Source of the DNA: Podospora anserina
Lineage: Eukaryota
DNA length: 64,000 nucleotides
Assembly: GCA_017654855.1 (NCBI GenBank)
Contig: CM030332.1
Location: 3,906,001 to 3,970,000, forward strand
Direction: 5' to 3'
Below are positions 47,577 through 59,249 of this stretch, in pieces; the first letter of the stretch is position 1; the number at the start of each line of letters is the position of its first letter. Below the pieces are notes generated by a model that did not search any database, had not been told where the DNA came from, and was given only the letters and a program-made list of their open reading frames with translations. The position numbers and the translations under genes are program-made.

Positions 47577-50192
47577 TCAAAGGCTAAGCTCCTTCATCTT
47601 CTCCTCCAACCATTGTTGAGCCTTGGTGACGGCCTCATCAAGCTTCTCAGGGTTGGAACCAGCACCCTGGCGACTGGGCTCCTTACCGCCCGTCTTACCG
47701 CCAATCTACTCGATCTCATTAGCTTTTGTCTTTTGTTGGTCATTTATACTCGGGGCAAACTCACAATCTCGGTAACAGCAGCAGTCCACTGCTCAGCGGT
47801 AACACCCTTCAAGTCGGTACCGACATAAACACCATGTACGACAGCTTCATCCTTGCTTCCAGCAAACAGATACACACTCTTGGCCTTGTCCTTGCTCTTG
47901 TAGTAAGTCATCACCTCAGAGATGGCCTTGGCGTTGGCAGAGATGGGCAAGTGCCCAACGAACGCCTTGGCGTCCTTGTTCTTCTCATCGGCAAAGAACT
48001 TTTGAACGGTAGACAGAGCAGTCCCGCTCTCAGCCTTTTGCCTCTTCTTTTGCTCGTCAAGGACTGACTTCTGAATGGTGGCAAACTTCTTACGCAACTC
48101 TTCCTTGGTCAAGACGGAGATGACGAGAGCATCGAGATCGACGGACGCAGCCTTGACCAACGAAACCTTCTCGGGGCCAAACTCCAAGGCAGCAATGTGA
48201 TCTAGTCTGTCGCTGAAGTCCTTGGCGTCTTGCTGAGCCTGGTGGGCACCGGCGCCCGTGTAGGCGACGATACGTCTGATACCCTTGGCAATACCGCTTT
48301 CCTCAACAATGATCAGGTCCTTGATGAGGCCAGTGGCGTCAACGTGAGTACCACCGCAGAACTCAACGCTGAACTGGCGCCACTCAGGGTTCTTGGGGTC
48401 CTTGAGCATCTCCTCAACAGAGGCACCGACGGACACCACTCTGACAGGGTCAGGGTACGTCTCACCAAACACGGCACGAAGGCCGTTGATTTCTCTAGCC
48501 TCGGACAGGGCAACATCCTTGGCGTACACCTTGAGGTTCTTGCGGATATCGGCGTTGGAGAGCTCCTCAATGCGCTTGATCTCGGGCAGTGTCACCTGCG
48601 TCTTGTGGCTGAAATCGAAGCGCAGCTTGTCCTGATCGACGAGCGAGCCGGCCTGGTTGACCGTATCGCCGAGCACTTCTCTCAGGGCATGGTTGAGGAC
48701 GTGAGTGCCGGTGTGGTTGTTGCGGATGGGTTGGCGACGGAGCTCGTCAAATTCGCACTTGACGACATCACCAGCCTTCAAGTTGCCGTACTCGAGGAAA
48801 CCGGAGTGAACGACGTAACCACCGAATTCTTGAGTATCGAGGACCTTGAACTCAGCTTCATCGTCAATGATGATCCGACCAGTGTCGGCAACCTGACCAC
48901 CGGATTCAGCGTAGAAGTTGGTCTTGTCGAGGATGATGCCCAGGGGTGTCTTTGGTGGCACATCCTTGCTGTTCTCGATAAACTCGGAACCGTTGAAGAT
49001 GAGCTGGATTTTACCTTCGCTGCTCTGCGCAGAGTATTTGGCCTCCGAGTCCGTCCGGGGGATGTTCCGGTCATTCTCCAACTCGGAAATGTGATGAACC
49101 GTGAGCTTAGGGAAGGTGGTGACGGCTTCCTTGACCGCCTTGGAAGCCTCGCGAGCCTTCTCCTGGGCAACCTTGACCTCCTCTTCGTCGATGGTAAGGC
49201 CGCGCTCCTCGGCCATCAACTTGGTGAGATCCACTGGGAAACCAAAGGTATCGTACAGACGCCAAACATCGGCACCGGAAAGCTTCTTCTCGCCAGCCTT
49301 GGTCGCAGCAGCGGCATACTTCTCAAACATGGCCTCACCACGGTCGAGGGTAACAGCGAAAGCAACCTCCTCCTCATCAAGGATTTCTTTGATATCGGCC
49401 TCCTTCTTCTTGAGCTCGGGAAACTGCTCGCCCATCTGTTCGACCAAAGCAGGAAGAATCTGGGAGAAGAAAGAACCAATGTTGGCATTGAGGTACTTCC
49501 TGGCGTAGCGGACACCTCTGCGGAGAACACGGCGAACGACGTAACCGCGGCCGATGTTGCCGGGAACAGCACCATCAGCGATGGAGAAGGAGAGGAGACG
49601 AATGTGGTCGGCAACAACACGGAGCGCGGTATCGACACCATCGACGTCGTCCTTGCCGTACTTGTCGCTGTATGGGCGGGAACCGCTGACTTCGACGATC
49701 TTGGCGAACAGAGGGGCGAAAACATCGGTATCATAGTTGGAAGACTTGTGCTGGAGGGCAGATACCAGACGCTCAAAACCCAGACCGGTATCAATGTGCT
49801 TTGCGGGGAGAGGCTTGAGGCTCCTGTCCTTTTGCCTGTCGTATTGCATGAAGACGTTGTTCCAGATCTCTACCACGAGAGGGTCGTCCTGGTTGACGAG
49901 ATGCGCAGCATTTCTCCCACCAACCTTGTCGTAGTGAACCTCGGAGCACGGCCCGCATGGCCCTTGGTCGCCCATTTCCCAGAAATTGTCCTTCATGTTG
50001 CCGGGAAGGATGTGGTCCTCTGGTACTCCTTGGTCGAGCCAGAGCTGCTTGGCCTCGAGATCTGGTTCCAGGCCCATGGCTTCGTTGCCCTCGAAGTAGG
50101 TCACATAGAGACGATTAGGGTCGAGACCATACACCTTGGTGAGCAACTCCCATGTCCACCCAATAGCCTCCTTCTTGAAGTAGTCGCCAAAC

Positions 50193-50224
<32 letters not shown>

Positions 50225-50874
50225 ATGGTAGGAATCCTTGCCTACATCGTCAAGGTCGTTGTGCTTTCCACCGGCACGGATGCACTTTTGTGTGTCGGCA
50301 GCACGCTTGAGCGCAGCCATGGGCTCAGTCTTGCCTACTGTTCCCAGGAACAGGGGCTTGAACTGGGCCATGCCCGAGTTGATGAAGAGCAGTGTCGGGT
50401 CATTGTGAGGCACAACCGACGACGATGGGACTGAGGTGTGAGGTTAGCACAGGCTGTTGTAGAAGAGAAGCTAGACTATTGAAGCGCATAGCTGGTGCGA
50501 ATACATGGCTCGAAGGATGATTTTTTGCAAAAGTGTGTGGCGATATCAACCCCACCAAGGTCAACTTGATCTTGGTGGTTATGATAAGACTGATGAGGCT
50601 TGTTGGACCACTGCTACAATCATTGTGATTGTTTTCTGCAAGACATGCAACTCTCTTTGAGCAGAGAAATAGAGAAATATCCAGCTTTGAATAAGGGCCT
50701 CTTTGCTGTGGTCATCCTTCGGCCTGTGTAACCAACAGCCAGCATATTTCGATACAGCGTGCATGGAGGGGTAATAGTGTATCGATATCACATACCGATG
50801 GTGTGGCCCCGCTCTTCAAAGAACTTCAAAAACGTCTCCCGGACGCGGGGGCCTGTCCACTGGGGTTCCGTCAT
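47577..50874 (-). CDS. ALA1: alanyl-tRNA synthetase; introns 50431-50795 and ~47706-47764; possible mitochondrial N-terminal extension to 51159
   Basis: [72 protein letters not shown], editing motifs NHTGTH and EFCGGTH. Confidence 0.98.
50531..50710 (-). ncRNA. candidate intronic box H/ACA snoRNA in AlaRS intron 1
   Basis: H-box-like AGAAAA (50632-50637), 3' hairpin CCACCAAG/CTTGGTGG, ACA at 50534-50536 fifteen nt after the upper stem, enclosed by a perfect 10-bp inverted repeat (50511-50520 / 50712-50721). Confidence 0.55.
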
Positions 50875-51375
50875 GGTGTGGTGTAGGCGTTTGAGGTGCG
50901 AAGGGAGATGATGACGGGTTCGATAGTAATCCAACAAGGCAGAGGCAGCGTAGTAGGAAGCCGGGGCTGCAGTCCGGAGGGCGGAGGTGGGTGCTCGAAA
51001 GTTCGAGAGTGTTGAAGATGGCGGGGTCAAACGGGTTTTGTGGTGGAAGGTTCGCGAGCAATGACTCAAATTCACCACAAAAGCCGATTGATAGCGCGTG
51101 CCGCCCCAGCTCCTGGACCGCTCGCGGCAAGACCACCGTAACCACAACGCCTTCTCCATCCGTCCTTTTCTTACAACCTTCCTCTCTCTCTCTCTTCCTC
51201 TCTCTCTCTAAACCCTCTTCGCGATATCGGCCTTTTCCCTTTATCTCGAACCAGTCCAATCAATCTCCCAATCTCCTGTCCTAAAGTTCCCGAATCCCAC
51301 CTTGATTGGCGCGCATTCCGACACCTCACCTAAAGCAATTGGCGAAACAGAGTTACAGGGAAGAGGGAGAAATAA

Positions 51376-52278
51376 ATGCTGGCAAACCCTGCGCCGCGAC
51401 TGGCCACCCACCACCATATCATGGAGATGGGGAGCTTCCCACCCGCTGTGGGCATGGACCACCACTATCAATATGGATACCTCAATCACAACCCTTTCCA
51501 GCAGCAACAAGTTCAGCTTCAACAACAACCACAACCACCGGCATCTCGCCTCTCCCGTAAGCGCAAACCAGATGCCCCCCCAGAGAACAACGAGCGCCTC
51601 TCCAAGCGCATGAGCCTGCTGAATCTCGGTATGTACGGTGTGGTGCACAGTCCCCCTCAACGTCATCGTCGCATTCCAGCCCTCACACTAACACCCGCCC
51701 CCTTCTCCATAGAACACTCTGGACCCAAACTCTACGTCCCCGTTGAACAAGGTGACAGCCACAACCAATCCTTACCCGATCTCAATGCCATCCATCATCA
51801 ACAACAACTCCAATCCCAGCGCCGTAGCCATGGCCACCACAAACACACCCCCATGGATGACTCCATGATGCAGCTCGACGACACAAAGCACAAAGTCTAC
51901 ATTTACAACCTCGACGACGAGCTCTCCTCGTCCGACAATGAGACTGACGACGGGAAACTCATCTTCCTCCCCGACATTGAGAAGCACCTCAAGTCCCATC
52001 GCATCCCTCCAAACATCCTCGCTTCCCCCTCGCCACAAGAGATGGCCGATAGACAACTTGTTTTGTACCGGGTACCTTCTTCTATCACGGTACCAGAAGA
52101 GCAAGACAGCGTGCGCAAGGCTATCATCGAGGCGAGACAACGGATGAGGGAGAAGCAGGAGGCTGAGAGGGCTGCTGCCGCGATGAGGGAGGTTCCAGTG
52201 GATAGCACGGTCATGTTTTCCGCGCCACAGGCTTCGTCGTCATCAGCAGAGGATCCAGATGCCATGGAGCTCGACTAG
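51376..52278 (+). CDS. fungal hypothetical protein with NLS-like SRKRK; probable in-frame intron 51629-51712; start 51376 or 51421
   Basis: SRKRKPD..NERLSKRMSLLNL, MQLDDTKHKVYIYNLDDEL, IFLPDIEKHL, LVLYRVPSSITVPEEQDSVRKAIIEARQR; GTATGT..CTAAC..TAG intron. Confidence 0.85.
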   Translation: MLANPAPRLATHHHIMEMGSFPPAVGMDHHYQYGYLNHNPFQQQQVQLQQQPQPPASRLSRKRKPDAPPENNERLSKRMSLLNLGMYGVVHSPPQRHRRIPALTLTPAPFSIEHSGPKLYVPVEQGDSHNQSLPDLNAIHHQQQLQSQRRSHGHHKHTPMDDSMMQLDDTKHKVYIYNLDDELSSSDNETDDGKLIFLPDIEKHLKSHRIPPNILASPSPQEMADRQLVLYRVPSSITVPEEQDSVRKAIIEARQRMREKQEAERAAAAMREVPVDSTVMFSAPQASSSSAEDPDAMELD

Positions 52279-52497
52279 GATCGAGATGTCATGCGGCACC
52301 GCGACTAGGATCCAGATCCCATGGCGCACGACTAGTGCTCAGATGACGTGAAGCTCGACTACGATCCAGACGAAATGGAGCTCGAATAGAATCGACTTGC
52401 TATGGATCTCGGCTAGATTTCGGATCCCACCAAGGTCTGCTGAGATATGGTTGTCATATCGTTCGGCTGTGATTCAGATGCTATGGATCCCGACTGA
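52252..52497 (+). repeat. degenerate 27-nt tandem repeat (9 units) of the terminal codons plus stop of the upstream gene
   Basis: GATCCAGATGCCATGGAGCTCGACTAG recurs in frame at 52279 (30-nt unit), 52309, 52336, 52363, 52390, more weakly at 52417 and 52444, and at 52471. Confidence 0.88.
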
Positions 52498-53154
52498 AAT
52501 ACAGCAAGGCGGCCGTCTTTTTCTTTGTTTGTTTCGTGGGTTGGTCGGTTCAAAGGTTATCAGGGGTTTTGAGGTTCCCATACCTTCACACACGGCGCAT
52601 TCACGGTATTTCTGTGGCTATCTAGGCACACGGCAACAAATATTGACTTGGGTTGAAATTTAGCGAGGTGTTTTACAGGCAGCGCGTGCATTTATTCTAC
52701 AAAGCGGACATAGGGACCGGTATCACAGGACATGGCTCCCATCAGGCATGAGTCCGTTATCTTACATAGCGGGCATCCTTCATAATTCTTGATAGGACAC
52801 CATTAGCTACACAATAACAGAAACATGATTGAAGAAAACAAAATGCTCTTGCGCTGCTTGTAATATTAGGTGTATTTAGGCATGTTTGTAATGAATGCTA
52901 TAACGTAGGTAATTCCAGAGTGAACCCTACTCGTGAGAGCTGCTGGGCGTTCCGCGCCCTTCTCCTTCTCAATCGAGAAACCCCATTAATGCCCACAGGT
53001 TGAGCATTGAGCATGGTCAAGCTTTCCCTCCTTTATTCTGTTCCGTGGTCCTTTCCCACCAGGGGATCAATCATATATACAAATTACGCTCACTCCTCAT
53101 CCTATTCCAAAACCCTACCCTGCTACCTGCCTTCCCAATCCGATACCGTCTCTT

Positions 53155-53874
53155 CTAGCTCCTGAACGGGTTGTTGGTATTCCCCGTTCCTTGAGGTTGT
53201 AGTGTGAGTGGTGGTGGCCCAGGGGGAGGGGCATACTGCTCATTCAAGCTGCTACTTGGCACTGGCGCGACCACCGCTGGTGGTGGTGGTCCCGGTGGTG
53301 GGGAGTAGATATACCCATTATCCTGCGGTGGTGGTGGTGTCGTCCCATTCCCATTACCCTCCCCATATTTAGAGACTCCAGCAGGTGGTTCGTAAACCGG
53401 CGGCCGTGGCGCGTTGGGATCGTAGACTGGTGGTGGTGGCATCCCTTGCATGTTGTAGTATTGATGCCCGTCCGCGTTGTGGTTGTAAGGGGTGAAGGTG
53501 GATTGGGGGTATCGATACCGGGGGTCGACTTGGGCGAGGGTGGCGCGGTTGACGAGGAAGCGGTGGTATCCCAGCGGGGGGAGGCCGGAGCGGACGCGTT
53601 TCCGGGCATGGAAGTAGCCTATTAGGAGGTAGAGGGTGAGGGAGAGGAGGATGGCGAGGAAGAGGGACCATTTGACTATTATGCCGGCCTATGGGAGAGG
53701 GGGAATGTTAGACTGGGAGGGTGGGGGTTGTAGGTGGGTGGGGGAGAGGGGACGTACCTTTGTGTTCCAGAAGGAGATGTAGCAGTTTTCGTCGCTGATG
53801 AGAAAGCCATCTTCGTCTCGGGTGCAGTTGCGGTAGTAGTAGGTTTGCCTGGGTAGAAGCGTGGCGATGGCCAT
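53155..53874 (-). CDS. single-pass membrane protein with PPxY motifs (RCR-like ubiquitin-ligase adaptor); intron ~53688-53757
   Basis: Cys-containing short N-terminus, TM KWSLFLAILLSLTLYLLIGYFHA, basic RKRVR, PPVY twice, Pro-rich tail ending NNPFRS. Confidence 0.75.
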
Positions 53875-55835
53875 TGTTTGTGTTGTTTTTGTGTGTGGTG
53901 ACCGGATGGGATGGGATGGGGAATGTCCGAGGTCCAGAGTTCCAGGAACTCGGATAGGCTGGGTGGCTGCTGCGATGAATTTGATGCACCTGGGTTGAGT
54001 TCTATATCGGGAGATGAATAGATGCGATCAAAGAGGGGGACGATAACTTGATCGATCTGGATGAAGGTCGCAAGTTGGTTTTGTACAAATGAGTTTGCCC
54101 GAACTCTTTCGATGTGCAGAGGTGAAAGGGAAGGAGCACTGTCGCATAAACAAAGAAAGAACTGGAAAAAGCACGAGCGAGGGAGAGAGAGAGACGGAAG
54201 GGAGATTGCCGGCCAGTTGTGCCAAGCCTGCCCAGGCCAAAGCGATGATTCCGCGCCGAGAATGAGAGATTCTTCAAAGGTGTTCTTATCACGGACAAAA
54301 CCACCACAACTTTGCCGATCAAGAAAACGGGCACTCTTTCCGGCTTGGTAGCACGCGCTTGCCGCTGTACCCCGCGGATTATTTAGCGGCTGGTCCCCTG
54401 AACCCTGGGGGCGGGTTGAACGCTAAAAAGGCCGGCAGCCACTTGTTTATCGCGATGGCGAGTGGCGCTGATGAGAATGGGTAGCACTGGGTTTCATCGT
54501 TGTCTTTGGCGTTTCAGTTCTCCGGGAGGCCGAAGGATGGAAACTTGGAAGACGCAGATTTATTCATGATATTCTGCGGCAATCAAGAAATGAATAATGA
54601 GAGTCAACTCTGAAGCAATGGACTATCAAGATGCAATCGGTGATTGCTAAGATGAGGTAGGATATATAGTCAAGGCCTTCTCGTGATATTGGGCGAAAAT
54701 TGTCAAGGCTATTCTTGGCTACCTCCATCAGGGTCATGGTGTCTCAACCTTGACAACCATTGCCACTTGTCTAGGTATTGGACAGTGTAGCTCATTGGTA
54801 TTTCTTTGACGAGCGGTTAGCCTGGACGTCCGTCACTTTGCCAATGGAAGATTGAAATGATAGACGACAGGCTTCCGTCCGATGCTCAGTAATCATATCC
54901 GCTAGTCTTTCATATAAGTGATAGGTAGTAGGCTTCATTAGCCTAGTCCTGAGACTCCATATATCTGAAGAATATCAAGATTCTGTAGCGCATGGCACCG
55001 AGCTTGCAAGAAGTGGCGTTGATCCTAAGCTGGCGGGAGGACGGGATGACTTTTAGGTCGGTACTCGCCTAGGTATCCAAGACGTGTTGAGTGAAATATT
55101 GTAACAGTCGGAGTGTTCCTGGAGAGTGACATGATCAAACCAGGATCAAATGTTTAAGATATCGGAGATCAAGAAGATGTAAGTGACAGAATCGGACTAG
55201 CTTACCCGGCAGGCAACCGACAGCGCCAGCACGGGCCGCACCCACTGAATGCCGGTTCCAACCGCCGGATCGGAGTGGGGGCGACCGAGACCGACCGATT
55301 CTCCACAGCGGCTGCATCAAATTTCAAGATGGGCGTCTTCGGTGCGGAAACGCAGGGTGACATAATGTCAACACGCCTCCGCAGAGCCTCAATCGGCACC
55401 GACGAGAAAAAAGCGAAACACCGACCAGTCTAGCCCGGCCCCAGCAAAGCCGACGTACAAGCTAGCTTGCTCTCCCACCACCACGACGGCGGATCCTTAG
55501 TTTTCTCGAACGGACCTTCAACACACCGCCAGCCAGCCACACTCTCCAGCGCACCAAACCGTTCGTGATGTGCTAGCAATAGAGTATCGCCCACCCAAAC
55601 TCGCTCTCTCTTTCTCTCCAACCCCTCTGGAGACCTGGCGGCGGGGTAGCAGCGCACCTTGACGAACCAGCTTTGAATCGGAGGCTAATTTCACCACTGA
55701 ACAACAAACGAGCAACATCAACCCTTCCCTTTTTCTTTATTGTTACTCCTACTGTTACCCACTGTCGAATCAGCGCCCAATTCAAAAAAGACTCGGTTCA
55801 TCTCCGGTTATTTCCCCCAACTACCACCACCAAAG

Positions 55836-57140
55836 ATGGTTGCGACAATTAGCGCGGCCCGCGCGCTTCGACTCCCCTACCGATCAGCCTCCCTCCGACT
55901 TCTCACCCCCCCGACGACAACACCGTCCCCCTACCGATCGAGCCTCCGCGCCGCCTCAACATTCACAACCCGCAAACAAAAACCCCCATCAAAACAGCCC
56001 AACACCCCAGGGCAACCACCAACAACCCCAATGAAACCAACCAACGCCCTCCTCTTCTCAACCTGCCCCGCAACCATGCTCGGCCCCTCCTCTTCATCAC
56101 CACAACAATGCCCCAGTACCAAATATCACTACCACCTCGCAGCCTCCTACATAGCCAAATCCCGGCCCTTCGACCCCCAAACCCACCTCTTCCAATTCAA
56201 CCCCTACAACCGCCTCTCCCAACCGCCCAAATCCCCCAAACGTCCCAAATCCTCCCGGCCAGAATCAGGTCAGGACGCGTTTTTCATCAGTCAGCTAGGT
56301 GCCTCCCCCTCCAGCGGGGAAGTCGCCCTAGGAGTGGCAGACGGCGTAGGAGGGTGGATGGACAGCGGAGTCGACCCAGCCGACTTCTCCCATGCGTTCT
56401 GCGACTACATGGCCGCCAACGCATCATCATCCGACCCGCCGTCAACAGCACGGGAGCTCATGCAAAGGGGCTACGAGGCTGTCTGTCATGATGAGAGCAT
56501 CAAAGCCGGGGGTAGCACCGCCATTGTTGGCTTGTTGACCTCCAACGGGAAGATGGAAGTCGCCAATTTGGGGGATAGCGGGTTTATACTTCTCAGAAGG
56601 GGGGGCGTCCACGCGAGCAGCGAACCGCAGACTCATGCGTTTAACACGCCGTATCAGCTCAGCGTTGTGCCGCCTTCTATGCTGTTGCGGGCGGCGGCTT
56701 TTGGGGGCGCGCAGTTGATGGATCAGCCTAGGGATGCCGAGGTCACGAGACATGGGCTGAGGCATGGGGATGTGGTTGTTTTTGCTAGTGATGGGCTGTG
56801 GGATAATCTGTTTGAGGGGGATATTTTGAGGATTGTGAGCTCGGTTATGAGGGAGAGGGGGGTTTGGAGGGTTAATGGGGAGAGGGGGTGTGTGGTGGAG
56901 GAGGATATCAAGAGTGTGACTGAGGGGAAGACGACGCTGCAGGGGAGGCTGGCTACGGAGATTGTTAGGCAGGCGAAGATTGCGAGTGTGGATCCGAAGC
57001 TGGATGGGCCGTTTGCGAAGGAGGTGAAGAAGTATTACCCGCATGAGGTTTGGAGGGGGGGAAAGGAGGATGATATTTGTGTGGTGGTGGTTGTTGTTGA
57101 GGAGGAGGGTGGGGCGGGGAGTGTGAAGGCGAAGTTGTAA
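55836..57140 (+). CDS. PTC7: PP2C-family protein phosphatase, Ptc7/Azr1 type, with mitochondrial presequence
   Basis: SGQDAFF, GVADGVGGW, GGSTA, ANLGDSGF, QTHAFNTPYQL, ASDGLWDNLF, GGKEDDI; Arg/Ser/Thr-rich N-terminus. Confidence 0.92.
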   Translation: MVATISAARALRLPYRSASLRLLTPPTTTPSPYRSSLRAASTFTTRKQKPPSKQPNTPGQPPTTPMKPTNALLFSTCPATMLGPSSSSPQQCPSTKYHYHLAASYIAKSRPFDPQTHLFQFNPYNRLSQPPKSPKRPKSSRPESGQDAFFISQLGASPSSGEVALGVADGVGGWMDSGVDPADFSHAFCDYMAANASSSDPPSTARELMQRGYEAVCHDESIKAGGSTAIVGLLTSNGKMEVANLGDSGFILLRRGGVHASSEPQTHAFNTPYQLSVVPPSMLLRAAAFGGAQLMDQPRDAEVTRHGLRHGDVVVFASDGLWDNLFEGDILRIVSSVMRERGVWRVNGERGCVVEEDIKSVTEGKTTLQGRLATEIVRQAKIASVDPKLDGPFAKEVKKYYPHEVWRGGKEDDICVVVVVVEEEGGAGSVKAKL

Positions 57141-58517
57141 GGGATATGGGTGGGAAGGATATGGGAGGCGTTGCGAATGATATTTTGCATTTTGGGAGCA
57201 TGAAACGGTTTTTGGGATAGATGGCGCTGCAAGTGGGTCGAAGATGGGAACCATGTATCAAAACAGTCAGAAAGGAATCAAAGCCAGCGTTATTTGCTGA
57301 TGGCTGAAAAAGAAAACAACCCGTGTGATGTTTAGGGGAGGGGGTATATAGTTTCTAGATTATGTACATAAGGCTGGCTGGCTTTCAGAGCCGAATTGGG
57401 AATCATATATATAACCTGATATCTGACAGTTGGTGTCTTTTGTTTAGTGTTCGCAAGCTAGCACTTTGTTTATGGTATTACATCCGGCGCCTCTAAGCCT
57501 TCTGCGGCAGCAACTCTCTTCGTTATCCTGTTCTCCGACATCGCCGCTGACTACACCCTCAAGGAAACAGAGCAGGTTACACAACTCAGACATCAGACGG
57601 TCAGTCATCCCCGTCAGCGGTATGGTCCGACAAGCCTTATCATCGGCCCTCCAACACAGCAAAAACACAAACATGGGATGAAAAATGTCGTGTAAACACA
57701 GTGCTTATCTCACCCTCAATTCAAACCCCTAATTGGCCACAACATGTCCTCCCTGCATTGTCACTCGCATAACGCTCCTCATACTTACTTGCATCTGCAT
57801 ATGTGGTCCCCCCGTACACAACGTCACTATACCTAGCTCTCACACCGTCCTTGGTCCTAACCCGACCGACCAGCAACCGGCCGAACAACGGGTAGAGGCA
57901 TATGCCACCATCCGACCCACGTTGAACGAACCCTGACTCCAACAATTCAATTCGTCAATCCCCGAACTCCCCAACTCCTGTCCCAGCGGCCATCTAAACC
58001 GCAGCGGTGTCACCCCTAGCTTCACCAAGCTATAAACTTTGACACCTCGCCTATTAACTCTAACAACTGCAAGTCTCAAACCTTTTCACAACTTCACCTC
58101 TTTCCCATCTCCAATCTCACATCACATCAGCACACACAAGTCATCAAGTTAATCATAAAATATAATCCATTACATCCTAACATTCATCTGTCTTCTCCCT
58201 CCCTATCCTACTCCGCCTTAAACCAATCACCCCCATCTTTGTTAATCATAAACAAGAAGACAACACCCATCTCCCTTCCCCTCAGCCAATTAACCAATTA
58301 CAGCTAGCCTTCCCTTCACGAAAAAAAAGGTACCAACCTATGTACGAGAAGTAAAAAACCCTCACAAAAAACACCCGACAAGAAAGAAAAAAAAACCAAG
58401 AAACCAACAACCACCCAAACAAACAAGCCCGGGGTATTATTAGCCAAGTTTTTGGTGACTGTTAAACGCCAGAAAATCTCAACTCAAAACAGCAGCAACA
58501 ACCCTCATGGTATCAAC

Positions 58518-59249
58518 TTAGTTAAAGAAGACAAGGGCGGCAACAGTACCGAGGACGAGCGCGAGCGAGGAAGCAAAGCGCTGGCCGTTGTTGGTGTTGG
58601 GGGGAGCAGTCTCGGTTTCTTGGGCGCGGCGAGTGCTGGTGGGTGGGGCAGTGGTGGTGGTCTCGAGAGCTGAAGGGGGGTTGGTTAGCACACTAGTTTA
58701 TACTTGAAACTAGAAGTTGGGAGAACATACTGGTAGCAGTGGTGGACTCGGTGGAGGTCTCAGTCTCAGTAGAAGACTCGGTGGAGGTCTCGGTGGAGGA
58801 CTCAGCAGTGCTGGTGATGGTGGTCACAGAGGTGGTGGCAGAGGTGACGACCTCGGTACCCTCAAGAGGGAAAGCTGGGCTGAAATTGCGGGGGTCCTCG
58901 CTCTCGTCCTCAATGACAAAGGCATAGTCGCCGTTCAAGCTGTCGGTGGGAGTGTAGGTGAAGGAGCCGCTAGCGCCGGAGGTGGCTGATATCGAAAGTC
59001 AGTCCAAATGTTTCGCAGGTGCCGGTCGATAGCCAGAAGATACTCACTAGTAAGGACCTCGACGGGCTTGAAGCTGTTCTCATTTCCGGCCGTGCCCTTG
59101 TAGAGCGAAATCTTGACATTGCCCTCGGCAGAGTCCCACCTGAGAGTGAAAGGCTCGCCGACGACAACATCGTAGTTGGAGTTCGTGAACTTGGGCCTGG
59201 CGAGAGCGGCGGTCGCAAGAGCGAGAACGGTGGCGAAAGAGTACTTCAT
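58518..59249 (-). CDS. GPI-anchored Ser/Thr-rich cell-surface protein (Kre9/KNH-like N-terminal domain); introns ~58987-59047, ~58670-58729
   Basis: Signal peptide MKYSFATVLALATAALA, VGEPFTLRW..ISLYKG, GSFTYTP..NFSPAF, S/T tract, GPI signal NNGQRFASSLALVLGTVAALVFFN. Confidence 0.88.

Noticed and set aside
48230-50434. 734-aa antisense ORF over AlaRS
   Set aside because: Codon-register mirror of a highly biased gene, which suppresses antisense stops; no recognisable domain.
52252-52497. CRISPR-like array
   Set aside because: Eukaryotic context, the units are contiguous without unique spacers, and there are no cas genes.
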